Positions 12,173 to 21,445 of a stretch of DNA of 64,000 nucleotides are shown here, piece after piece; position 1 is the stretch's first letter, and every line of letters begins with the position of its first letter. The DNA is taken from positions 10,959 to 74,958 of the IMG/VR virus record IMGVR_UViG_3300031760_000035; one strand, given 5' to 3'. Source of the stretch: a virus (lineage: Duplodnaviria > Caudoviricetes). The notes under the pieces were generated by a model. The model searched no databases. It worked only from the letters and a program-made list of their open reading frames with translations, and was not told the origin of the DNA. The position numbers were made by a program, and so were the translations under genes.

Positions 12173-12342
12173 ATCGCGCTCACCTCCAAGAGTCGGGTTC
12201 GAGGATCAGTCCACCCGCTCGTATCGACTGGTTGTTTGTGAACTGCTTCTGCCCGTCTGTGGCATTGAGCGTTGGGTAGCAGTCATCCCCGTTGCTTGTG
12301 AGCGGCCCACGAGCACCATGGCATCCTTTGACATGTGTGCAG

Positions 12343-14274
12343 TCAGCGTGGGAACGACCCCCCCCCCGAGCCAATTTCCGCGTTGCCGTTCGTGCTTGCC
12401 ATCACGAGGGGTTCGTCATCGTGGCGACGGTATGCGACCGCCTCTGGGCCAGACGCATCGACTGTGTGCGCGACCTCATCGGATATGCCGCATCCGTTGG
12501 CGCTCGTGTTCGCGGTTCGTATGGCTATCGCTGGCGAGTGCCAGTCTGCGGTCAACGTGTTGCAGGTGCCATCGTCGTACGTCGGCATGCTTCTCGCCGC
12601 AGCGCTCGCGCTGTACTTAAATGCGGTTATACCCCCCCTCGCAACCCTCGTCAGCGCCGTCTCTAGCTGCGGCGGCAAGCTCCTCCCTCTTCTTCTTGCT
12701 CGACGCAGGATGCCCGAACACGCCCTCGCGCTCAAATAGAACCGCTGAGGAACCCCCCCCGATCCAAGACATCCGACAAGAAAGACACGTCTGCGCCGCT
12801 GGGGAACTCCGAAGAACTGGCTGTCAAGCACTCGCCATGCCAGACCATACCCGAGTTCATCCAGCTCCGCGAGCAGGGTTCCAAAGGCTCGCCCCCTGTC
12901 TTGCGAGAGCACGCCTGGAACGTTTTCCCAGAGGAGCCACCGGGGTTCAATTTCACGAACAGCTCGTACGTACTCAAGCATGAGCTGACCTCGCGGATCC
13001 ATGAGTCCTCCGCGCTTTCCTGAGATGGAGAACGCTTGGCAGTTATGAACGGCAATTCCATCTGCTGTATATGAGTTGTCATCTTCGACCTCCAAGTTGT
13101 AGACGGTTGCCGTTCCTGATGGAGTGAACGACTGAACAATTCTCTTGACGTACCCGTTGTCAATCTGACAGCGACCGCCACTCTTGCCCAAGGTGACTTT
13201 GTACGATGGCTTGACCCGATACTCGACTCCCTTGATTACGGATGTGCCGCGCTCTGTGGGCTTAGCCACTGAACCGACTCTCGAAAGGAGCTGGATGCCG
13301 ATGGTCAACGCCTTGGATACGCTTTCAGCTGATGTGACGCCGCTCTCATACTTGTGTCCATCGGTTGCCATGTAGCCGCGAACGATTGCCTGCCGCTCGG
13401 CGTCAGACAGTGCAAGCGCCCAAGCGGGGATGTTCTTATTGGCTGCACCACGACCAAAGTGCCGTTCCAGAAAGCGGCACAACTCGGTGTTGTGGATTAC
13501 GACTCGGCATCTCGTGTCATCTATGCGCTCGACTCGATAGTTCATCTTCTGCTTGAATCGAGCTACAAAACCAACGAGCTTGCTAGGACAGATGGACAGC
13601 TCAAGCGTTCTCAGTGTTGGGTTTCTTCTGCCCTTGCCGGCTATCAAACCATCCCCGAGATACCAGCCGATTAGCTCGGCAATCTCGACGTTATCCAAGT
13701 CGTACACCTTTGGGTACTCAGGCACCAGACAATCAATGTCTGGGACCATACAGGCACAGAGTCCTACAGCGTCTTCCGCTGAGACGAACTTCTCACTCTC
13801 GAATCTGAACCAGCTACCGTCTTCGTTGGCCTTTCCCCTCTGCGTGCGCTTCGAGGTGAGGATCGGATGACTCGGCGTGCACTCAATGGGCATTACTCCG
13901 CATATCTTCAAAACGCCAACATCGGTAACTCTCGCTCCCGTGTCGAGCACCTTGCGGAGCCTGCCCTTGTGAGTCACAACCCGGTCCCCGACGCGTACCT
14001 GCTCAATGGGCTTGAACCCATCCTCGCAAAGGACTAGGGTACCCGCTGTGAAGCACGGCGTACCGCCAACGACCAAATCTACTCTACCCTTGTACGGTTT
14101 CCAATCGACGTTCGCTATGTCCCCAAGGTTGGGAACGTCTGGGTATCTGTGCGCAAGGACGGCGCTTGGGTAAGGCTCGACCTCCGCAAACGCAAGGGGC
14201 TCGAATCCAAGAACGTCCCATGCGACGCTTGCCGCCTCGATGCCAGAGCACAGTGACACGTACCTTATCGGCAC
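12343..14274 (-). CDS. C5-cytosine methyltransferase (motifs I-VIII) with intein and three poly-G tracts
   Basis: SLCSGI (I), GGTP/CQ (IV), WENVPGV (VI), PQRRRRVF (VIII); G8 at 12753-12760, G7 at 12632-12638, G10 at 12358-12367. Confidence 0.92.
   Translation of the reverse strand: MPIRYVSLCSGIEAASVAWDVLGFEPLAFAEVEPYPSAVLAHRYPDVPNLGDIANVDWKPYKGRVDLVVGGTPCFTAGTLVLCEDGFKPIEQVRVGDRVVTHKGRLRKVLDTGARVTDVGVLKICGVMPIECTPSHPILTSKRTQRGKANEDGSWFRFESEKFVSAEDAVGLCACMVPDIDCLVPEYPKVYDLDNVEIAELIGWYLGDGLIAGKGRRNPTLRTLELSICPSKLVGFVARFKQKMNYRVERIDDTRCRVVIHNTELCRFLERHFGRGAANKNIPAWALALSDAERQAIVRGYMATDGHKYESGVTSAESVSKALTIGIQLLSRVGSVAKPTERGTSVIKGVEYRVKPSYKVTLGKSGGRCQIDNGYVKRIVQSFTPSGTATVYNLEVEDDNSYTADGIAVHNCQAFSISGKRGGLMDPRGQLMLEYVRAVREIEPRWLLWENVPGVLSQDRGRAFGTLLAELDELGYGLAWRVLDSQFFGVPQRRRRVFLVGCLGSGGVPQRFYLSARACSGILRRARRRGRSLPPQLETALTRVARGGITAFKYSASAAARSMPTYDDGTCNTLTADWHSPAIAIRTANTSANGCGISDEVAHTVDASGPEAVAYRRHDDEPLVMASTNGNAEIGSGGGSFPR
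12732..13082 (-). CDS. Overlapping alternative-frame polypeptide (M.EcoHK31I beta-like), truncated at the G8 tract
   Basis: SD GGAGGT (13088-13093), ATG at 13082; reads SSGKTFQACS..WMNSGM..SEFPSGADVSFLSDVL and would continue VPQRFYLSARACSGILRRA if the tract were G9. Confidence 0.65.
   Translation of the reverse strand: MTTHIQQMELPFITAKRSPSQESAEDSWIREVSSCLSTYELFVKLNPGGSSGKTFQACSRKTGGEPLEPCSRSWMNSGMVWHGECLTASSSEFPSGADVSFLSDVLDRGGFLSGSI
13042..14055 (-). mobile_element. 338-aa intein with LAGLIDADG homing endonuclease
   Basis: Starts CFTAGTLV, ends YNLEVEDDNSYTADGIAVHN followed by Cys; LAGLIDADG-like IGWYLGDG and RGYMATDG. Confidence 0.95.
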
Positions 14275-15627
14275 CTACTCACCTCCCATGATGTCGAACA
14301 GCGTGAGCTGGGCATCACTGTCGCCGCCCTTCTCCGCGCTGTCGTTTGGCTTGTCCTCGTCATGCGGTAGCCTGCTCCGCATACGGCTGTCTGCTATCTC
14401 GCAGTAGTGGGAATCCATGTCTATGCCCACGAAGCGCATGCCCTCGTCCATGCAGGCAACGCCAGTGGAGCCACTTCCCATGAACGGGTCCATGACCACC
14501 CCCCCCTGCCTGCAAACGAGCTTCACGAGGTAGCGCATGAGCGCGTTGGGCTTGACGCACGGATGGTCGTTCTTCACGTCGCCGCAGTTGCGGTCCTTCT
14601 TGGACGCCTTCGCGCAGTAGAAGAAGCGCGCCGCACTGCCAGTGTCGCCATACCCAAGCTGATCTTGGTACTCATGGCCGTTGAACTTGCCATAGATGCC
14701 GTTCTTGCCAGGGGCCTTGACGCCGCCACCTCCACTTGACTTTCCAGTTGACGGGAACATGGCGACAACCTCGTCGCTACCGTCGTGGACGAGGTTTGCG
14801 GGGTAGCGTCCGAGCTGTTCGCTCTTCGCTATGTTCTCCTTCTTGCGCTCGACAAACGCGGCTTGCATGTCCGGATCGTCCATGAACGGACGCCGCCAAC
14901 CGTCCTGTGCGGACCCAGCCTTCATGCCGCCACCAAGGCTGTCGCTAGTGGGTATGCGGCATGCGTCGATGTTGATTGCGCCGGTGCCATACTTGCGCAC
15001 GTTGTTGACAACCGTGCCGCTCAGCGGCTTGTACGCCAGGATGATGGGTTCCCATGCGGGCTTTAGGTGCGTGTTCCACCCCTCCCACTCCCAAGCATCG
15101 TCTGGAAAGCCTTTCTCCATCATGCGTCGTACGTTCTGGCCGTGCGGCATACCGGAGCCGTAGACCCACATCATGCAGTCCTTGACAATCCAGCCTGCGT
15201 CCTCGATGGCGCACGCGATGCGGTGAAACGTCCTCGTCCCGCCAAAGCAGAGCATGTGGGCACCAGGCTTTGCGACGCGAATGGCCTCCTCGAAGATTGG
15301 GGTCATCTCCTCCTGGAATCGTCGCATCTCACCGACTGTCGGCGTCTTTCCATGGCTGTTGCCGAACTTCGGGACAGCGGCGTTGCTGTTGTCGTAGGCA
15401 CGGCCCTTCTCCATGCGCTCCGCCACGGACTCTGTGCCGTTCGGCTTCCCGAAGGTATCCCAGCTAGCGCCGCCAAAACCAAGAGCATATGGTGGGTCTG
15501 TAACAATGGCGTCCACGGAATCGCTTTCCATGGACGCCATCTCGCTCAGGCAGTCGCCGTTATGTATCGTGTATCGTTCGCTAATCTCGCTCGCCCCCGT
15601 CTCTTCTGTTCCACGCCAGCACGACAT
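14275..15627 (-). CDS. Amino (N4-C/N6-A) DNA methyltransferase, beta-class order; start uncertain
   Basis: DPPY precedes DPFMGSGSTG; in-frame G8 tract at 14499-14506. Confidence 0.9.
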   Translation of the reverse strand: MSCWRGTEETGASEISERYTIHNGDCLSEMASMESDSVDAIVTDPPYALGFGGASWDTFGKPNGTESVAERMEKGRAYDNSNAAVPKFGNSHGKTPTVGEMRRFQEEMTPIFEEAIRVAKPGAHMLCFGGTRTFHRIACAIEDAGWIVKDCMMWVYGSGMPHGQNVRRMMEKGFPDDAWEWEGWNTHLKPAWEPIILAYKPLSGTVVNNVRKYGTGAINIDACRIPTSDSLGGGMKAGSAQDGWRRPFMDDPDMQAAFVERKKENIAKSEQLGRYPANLVHDGSDEVVAMFPSTGKSSGGGGVKAPGKNGIYGKFNGHEYQDQLGYGDTGSAARFFYCAKASKKDRNCGDVKNDHPCVKPNALMRYLVKLVCRQGGVVMDPFMGSGSTGVACMDEGMRFVGIDMDSHYCEIADSRMRSRLPHDEDKPNDSAEKGGDSDAQLTLFDIMGGE

Positions 15628-15790
15628 GGTTCACTGCGGCCGGCAGCGTGCTTCTGTAGCACGACATGTCAGCCGGGCACCCATCGCCTGTGCAATAGAT
15701 CTGCGCGTAGTACTCGGCACCATCCCAACCGCATTCGAGCTTCGCGCTACTCCCACAGAAGGGGCAGTGCATCGGATCGTCCGCAGTCAT
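15581..15790 (-). CDS. Lar-like restriction-alleviation family Zn-finger protein
   Basis: CPFCG...CxxxxC...AWNRR. Confidence 0.7.
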   Translation of the reverse strand: MTADDPMHCPFCGSSAKLECGWDGAEYYAQIYCTGDGCPADMSCYRSTLPAAVNHVVLAWNRRDGGERD

Positions 15791-16464
15791 TGGAGGGCCT
15801 ATCGTTCTCGTCATCGTCACGCACTCCAACATCTTCAAATTGCGCCTGTTCAGGCTCGTAGTCCTTTACCCACTGCGTCGCCATCGCCTTGGCAATGCCG
15901 TGGAATGTCTTGCTGCGCAGCTTCGCCCTGTCATGTGGTGAAAGGCTCCATGCCTCGGCGTACCACGTCGGCATGGTGTTGCCGCTGGCATAGACCATGC
16001 GCGGCTCTGGCTCCACCACGTTCGTCGGTTGCAGCGGTGGCAACCCCTTTAGCCACAGGCAGGTCTTCTTCTCGTATGGGTCGCCGAACATCCAGGGCTG
16101 TATGATCTGGTCTGGCTTCCTGTACAGCCTGCTCATGATGCCGACAGGATTCTCGATTGCCACGCGTGGCACGTGGTCAAGGCACGTGAACGCCTTGAAG
16201 AATCCGATGCCCATGTCCTGCTGGCCGTTGCGGCGCTTTCGCTCGAACCACGCCGCACCGCTCACCGCCAGATGGGTGCATGGCGGAAACGCGATCACCA
16301 TGTCCCAGTCCATCTTCACGACCTCAAGCGCGTCTGCCTGTATGTGCCACTCAGGGTGCATGCCAGACGTGGGGAGAAGATCGCAAGAGAATGCAGTGTG
16401 CCCCCCCCCGACGCAATTCCGCAGTCACAGCCTGCGACTCCTCACATGCGCAAAGCACTCGCAT
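15747..16464 (-). CDS. C5-methyltransferase-like protein, frameshifted at a G9 tract
   Basis: MRVLCACEESQAV..R[G9]HTAFSCDL..FPPCTHL..AIENPVG; 718 nt, in frame only if the tract at 16401-16409 is G8. Confidence 0.8.
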
Positions 16465-16621
16465 CAAATCACCGTCCTTCGCTAATAGAAATGGCCCCAA
16501 TGGGCCACTTGATTTGCTTCTGCTCTTACCTGTCCTCGTTCATCGCGCCGCATCTGGGGCAGTAGTTCGGTGGCCCATTGAAGCCGCCCATCCTGTAAAA
16601 CCAGTCCCACACACAGCCGCA

Positions 16622-16740
16622 TTGACACTCCCCACGGCTAAATCATGGGGGATTCCTGCTTCGTCGAGAATGTACTCTCGTACAGGTCCAAAGTCCTCTC
16701 CACAGGCGTTGATTCCCGTGTGCCCCACGGTATGGCATAG
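16622..16740 (-). ncRNA. TnpB omega-RNA scaffold / IS200-IS605 right end
   Basis: ACCGTGGGGCACACGGGAATCAACGCCTGTGGAGA...GAAGCAGGAATCCCCC...GTGGGAGTGTCAA directly after the tnpB stop. Confidence 0.85.
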
Positions 16741-17880
16741 CTACATGGCGAGAAGTCTCTTGCCTTCTCTCGCTATATTCATAGCGGCATTGATGTCGCG
16801 GTCGTGGTGAGTTCCGCATTCTGGACATGTCCACTCGCGCATCGAGAGCGTGAGATCGTCGAAGACGCATCCGCAGTTTCCACAGGTCTTGCTGCTCGGG
16901 AACCATCGGTCGATCTTGACGAACGCCCTGCCGTACCAGTCGCACTTGTACTGAAGCTGTCGGAGTATCTCGGACATGCTCGCGTCACCGACCGCCTTTG
17001 CAAGGTGATGGTTCTTGACCATGCCCATCACGTTGAGGTCCTCGACGGCGATGGCTTGGCTCTCGCGCACCGCCTGCGTCGTCGCCTTGTGGATGGCGTC
17101 CCTGCGTTGATTGGTTACCTTCTCGTAGACAAGCGCGACCTTGCGCTTCTGCTTCTGCCAGTTGGCCGAGCCTTTCTTTCTACGGGAAAGCCTGCGCTGC
17201 TCGCGTCGGAGCTTCTTCTCGGCCCTTCGCAGAAACTTGTGATTCGGGACCTTTACTCCGTCCGAGCGGATCATCAGGTCCTTAACTCCTGCGTCGATGC
17301 CAAGCATCTCGTTCTCGCCCATCGGCATGTTCGGCTCGGGGACGTCGGTACAACAGATGATGACGTAGTACTTCCCGGACGGGACTCGCTTCACGGTGGC
17401 ATTGAGGATGCGGCCCTCTACAGGCTGCGTGATCTTGCACTTCACAACGCCAAGTTTTGGCAGCTTGACATGCGACCCATCAATCACCGTAACCTTGCAT
17501 CCAGCGGCAGGGTTACGATAGCTTTGTGTGCCATCTCGTCTTGACTTGAACTTTGGGAAACCTGGCTTTTCGCCGTTCTTCACGCGGCGGAAGAAGTTCT
17601 GATATGCCTTGTCAAGGTCTCTGATTGACTGCTGCAACGCCGAGTTGCTGACCTCGTACAACCATGGCGCGACCGTCTTCTTCCACACGGTAAGCTGTTT
17701 GCACAGATCGAACTGCGAGAGATTCTTCTTCTCGCACTCCCATGCGGCCTTCTTTGTCTCCAGTGACAGGTTGTAGACCCACCGACAAGCGCCGAAGGTC
17801 TTTTCGATTAATGCCACCTGCTCCTTGTTCGGATACAGGCGGCATCGATATGCTCTTTGTATCAATGTAAAAAACCTCAT
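16741..17880 (-). mobile_element. tnpB: RNA-guided endonuclease TnpB, non-autonomous (no tnpA)
   Basis: HTH AYRCRLYP; RuvC residues GIDAG, VEDL and DRDINAA all intact; Zn finger CGNC/CPEC. Confidence 0.95.
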
Positions 17881-17933
17881 AATATGGTGATGTGGCGGGT
17901 GAGGCATCCCGAGCGTGCGCGGAAGGCACACTT

Positions 17934-18092
17934 GTCTACCTGCGTACTTACGGGAACAGGCCGCAGTACTCATTCACTTTGCCTTGGCACACGCACTGGT
18001 TCCTGCTTCTGCGACACGTGACTAGAGCTTCCGAACGAAGCTCCCCCGCCAGAGGTGTCTCCACAGGCGTAACTTCCCACATGCCATGCGGT
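17934..18092 (-). ncRNA. Second omega-RNA-like scaffold upstream of tnpB
   Basis: ACCGCATGGCATGTGGGAAGTTACGCCTGTGGAGA...GAAGCAGGAA...GCAGGTAGAC parallels the downstream scaffold. Confidence 0.7.
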
Positions 18093-18139
18093 AGATCGTT
18101 GTTAAACTCGCTTGGTTTCAATAGCTACAACAAAAAACA

Positions 18140-18199
18140 GCAACGGTCTCGCGGGGTCTCCCAGTCATCACTGTTGATGCTCATCAAGCCTGTGTTGAT
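18140..18199 (-). pseudogene. 5' remnant of a Dam-like methyltransferase gene
   Basis: Translates INTGLMSINSDDWETPRDRC versus INAGMMSSDRGDWETPRDLFDRC at the start of 20638-21113. Confidence 0.7.
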
Positions 18200-18869
18200 C
18201 TACAATTCCCTCCCGCACATCGGGCAGTTCCTTATCGGAATGATGAGCACGACCTTGAAGCAGCCGTCTTGTGGGAGCCACACGGCAAGCGCGCTGTCAT
18301 ACAGCATCAGGACCTCGGCATCGTCACTGTAGACGATGGGCTTGTTGCGGTATTCCTCGTCAGTGCCGTTGTACTTGCAGTATGGGCAGCTCATAGCTCC
18401 CTCCCGCACATGGGGCAGAACTTGATCTCGAAGAACCTCTCGCACTCCCCCGTGGGATGCCCAATGTAATCCTCGTCAGTCTCGTAGAAGGAGCTGACTT
18501 CGATCTGCTTGCCCACTATCTCGGCATAGAGATACGTGTTGTCGGCGATAGGCTCGTGCCACCAGCCGTTCACGCCGTCCGTGCAGTACTTGCAGCTCAT
18601 GACAGCTTCCTCCCGCACATCGGGCACACCTTCGGATGGAACTGAGCGACTGCCGGGAGTGCGTACTTGCCAGCCATGTCATCGTCAATCAGGACCAGCA
18701 GCGACCACTCGCTGAACTCGAAGTCAAACCAGAGGTTGACGCGGCCCTGCGCGTGATGAACGAGGTCATCGTCCTTGGTGAACGCCCACTCGCCTACAAG
18801 GATTCCACCCTCAAGCTCGCCACCATTGCGGGCAACGGCAGCGTCTAGGTCACAGAACTCGCAGCTCAT
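18200..18869 (-). CDS. Three tandem small Zn-finger proteins (18200-18394, 18391-18600, 18597-18869)
   Basis: Each has MSCxxC...CPMCGR(E/K)L, joined by ATGA overlaps. Confidence 0.75.
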
Positions 18870-20677
18870 TCCTCGCCGCCACCAATCTCAAGCGCGTACC
18901 GACCAGTCAGGAACGGGCGCTCCTCGAACGCCACCGGGTCGTACTTCATCTCCGTTACAGGTGTCGCCTTTAGGACTGCCAGCCTTCCAGCGCAGGCTGT
19001 GCATAGGTCAACCACCATCTGCCGCATGTACTTACAGTCATTGAGGTCTGCGTTGCTGACCAGCACAGGCACCGTGTAACGAGTGAGTTCAACCTCGTCT
19101 GGCCTCACGTCAAGGGTCTTCCCACATACGTCACACGTGACGCGGATGAAATCCTTTCTTCCCATATCTACTCCCATAGCTTGATTGACAGCGTGCCGTC
19201 ATCGAGGTCGATGCCATGCTCCTTGAGCTTCTTCAACTGTTCCTTCATCTGCTCGTGCTCATCGATGATGTCGGCCAGAGTCCAAACGTAACCGTCGTAG
19301 AAGCACTCGCGCTTGCCGTTCCGCGACAACCCCAGCTCGATGTTGCCGTCCTCGTCAAGCGAGAAGTCAACCGCCTCGATGCAGCCAGTCTTGTCCCAGT
19401 TGCCGAGCCACGTTCGGTGATGCTCGTAGACGTGGGCGTAGACACCCCACCGCGTGTCATCGTCGTAGACCTCGTGCTCGTCCATTAGGTGCGTGTCCCA
19501 GTAGAGCTTCGTCGCCAGTCCGCTGCGGTTGCCCCACACGTCAATGCACATCTGGTAGAACGGGGACTCCTTGAACTCTTGGAACGTGTACTCCTTCGAC
19601 CAGTCGGTGAGTCTCTTGGGGTTGTAGCAGCCGTCGCGTAGGTTGGTGACCTGCGTACGCTGCACGCAGACGGTAACCAGGTCGTAGTAGCTGCTTGGAA
19701 TGACGCGGAGCTGCATGTCGATGATGTCGCCTTCGTGGTACTCTCGGCTGCTGAACACCCTTGGCCCCAAGCGCTCATACTCTATGATTCCATCGACCTT
19801 GCTTGCCGTGTCGTACATGAGCCGCAGGTCGCGGATGTTCTTGGGATCCGGCTTGGGTGTTTCCCTCCTGCCGTTCGGAACCATGACTACCACCTCCACC
19901 AAAGAGCTTCTATGGGCCACTCGTTCGTGACGGCATCCCAGTTGTCCTTGCCGTCAAGCTCGTAAAGCCAACTCCTGATGCACTTGAGGGCACCATCCAA
20001 CGTCCCCCAACCGTTCTCAGGCTCGTACTGCCTGTACATCTCAGGATTTCGTTGCAGCTCCCACAGTCCGCGCCACAGCTTTGGCACGACCTCCTCCATC
20101 GGGTAGTAGGCTGGATGCCAATTGCCATCTGCGTCCTGCTCGCTCTGGCTGTAGTCCCAACCCATGCAGGCACGGAACATCTTGCGGTAGTTGTAGGTGG
20201 GCGAGTCGTATTCTGGGACGTGAACCACGCAGAAGTGCTCTCCGTCATTGTCCGGCATCACCGTCTCGACGCACCAGCGGATGTCGTAGCTCACTCGGCG
20301 TCACGCTCCTCCTTCAACTCGTCAAGCACCTCGCGCCACGCCTTCTTGCGACCACCGCGCATCGCCATGAGAAGCGCTGCCTCGTCAATGACATCCTGTG
20401 CGTGGCGCTCCATCCACTTGTCCATGTAGTCGTTGACGTACTTGTGCCAGTTGACCTTCGGCTTGCCATCCTTGCCGATGCCGTAGGGGCTGTATCCGTA
20501 GTCTGAGGGAAGGGCTTCGGCAATGCCCTGACGGACTACGCTGTCGATGACCTTGGCGACCTCTTGCGCGCCGATGTTGGCTATCTGCGCCTCGATTGGC
20601 GACGTGTCGTAGGTGAACGGAATCGTAACGTTGTGAATCATGTCTCCCTCGCCTTCTTTGGCAATGCGCCACCCCAT
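18866..20677 (-). CDS. Four hypothetical genes (18866-19177, 19168-19920, 19887-20294, 20291-20677; starts approximate)
   Basis: Contiguous ORFs with phage-like codon use. Confidence 0.55.
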
Positions 20678-21113
20678 CTGACAAGAGCAGACGGGAACGG
20701 CGCACTCTGTTGCTGGACTCCGTTGATGCAGAACCTGACGCGACCGCTGAGGAACTGGATCTCTGCGGCCATAGGCTCAACCCAGTTCGTCCACCATGAC
20801 GTGTCGGTTCTCGCCGGCAGAAGCCCAACGACTATGGTGTTCGGCTTCCGCGACTCTCTTGCGGCCTTCTCGACCCACGCCCCGATCTCACGTCCGTAGG
20901 GCGGATTCATGTAGCAATGATGCCCCCCCCCCACGACCTTTCCAGGGCGTTGTCCTCCTTGGTGAAATGCTGCTCGCACAGCGCGTTATCGTCGCTGCTC
21001 GCAACGTCCAGGTCGAAGTGCCATATGCTGTCGCAGCGGTCGAACAGGTCGCGTGGCGTCTCCCAGTCGCCCCTGTCGCTGCTCATCATGCCCGCGTTTA
21101 TTGGCATGTCCAC
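20638..21113 (-). CDS. Phage Dam-like N6-adenine methyltransferase, frameshifted at a G10 tract
   Basis: DWETP..FDLDVA..W[G10]HHCYMNPPYG..LLPARTDT; 476 nt, in frame only with G8 or G11 at 20923-20932. Confidence 0.88.
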
Positions 21114-21115
21114 TC

Positions 21116-21445
21116 CTAATCAAAAAGGGCCGTCTGGCCCTCCTGCTTCTTCTTCCTTCTTGTCTCCGCATGATGCTTCGCGTCGTATCTGAGGTGGCAT
21201 CGGGCGCATCCGGCCATAAGGTTCTCTGGCCTGCAATCCTCTGGCGTGTGGTTCAGATGCATCACCGTGAGGATTCGCCCGTGGTCCTCGACCTTCTCGC
21301 CGGGTCGATAGCACTGTATGCCGCAGATTTGGCACTTCCAACCTGCGGCATCCTTCACCCTGAACGCTATCTCATCCCAGTTCTTCGGGTAGCGCTTCCT
21401 ATCCATCGGCATCGGCGTCATCCTCCAACATGCAAATGAGGTCAT
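21116..21445 (-). CDS. HNH endonuclease
   Basis: CQIC...LTVMHLNHTPEDCRPENLMAGCARCHLRYD. Confidence 0.8.
   Translation of the reverse strand: MTSFACWRMTPMPMDRKRYPKNWDEIAFRVKDAAGWKCQICGIQCYRPGEKVEDHGRILTVMHLNHTPEDCRPENLMAGCARCHLRYDAKHHAETRRKKKQEGQTALFD

Noticed and set aside
16540-16728. 62-aa ORF after tnpB
   Set aside because: Overlaps the omega-RNA/right end and runs out of frame with the Zn-finger fragment downstream
16741-17880. Nuclease-dead TldR-type repressor or IStron
   Set aside because: All three RuvC acidic residues are present; no room for, or sign of, a group I intron core upstream
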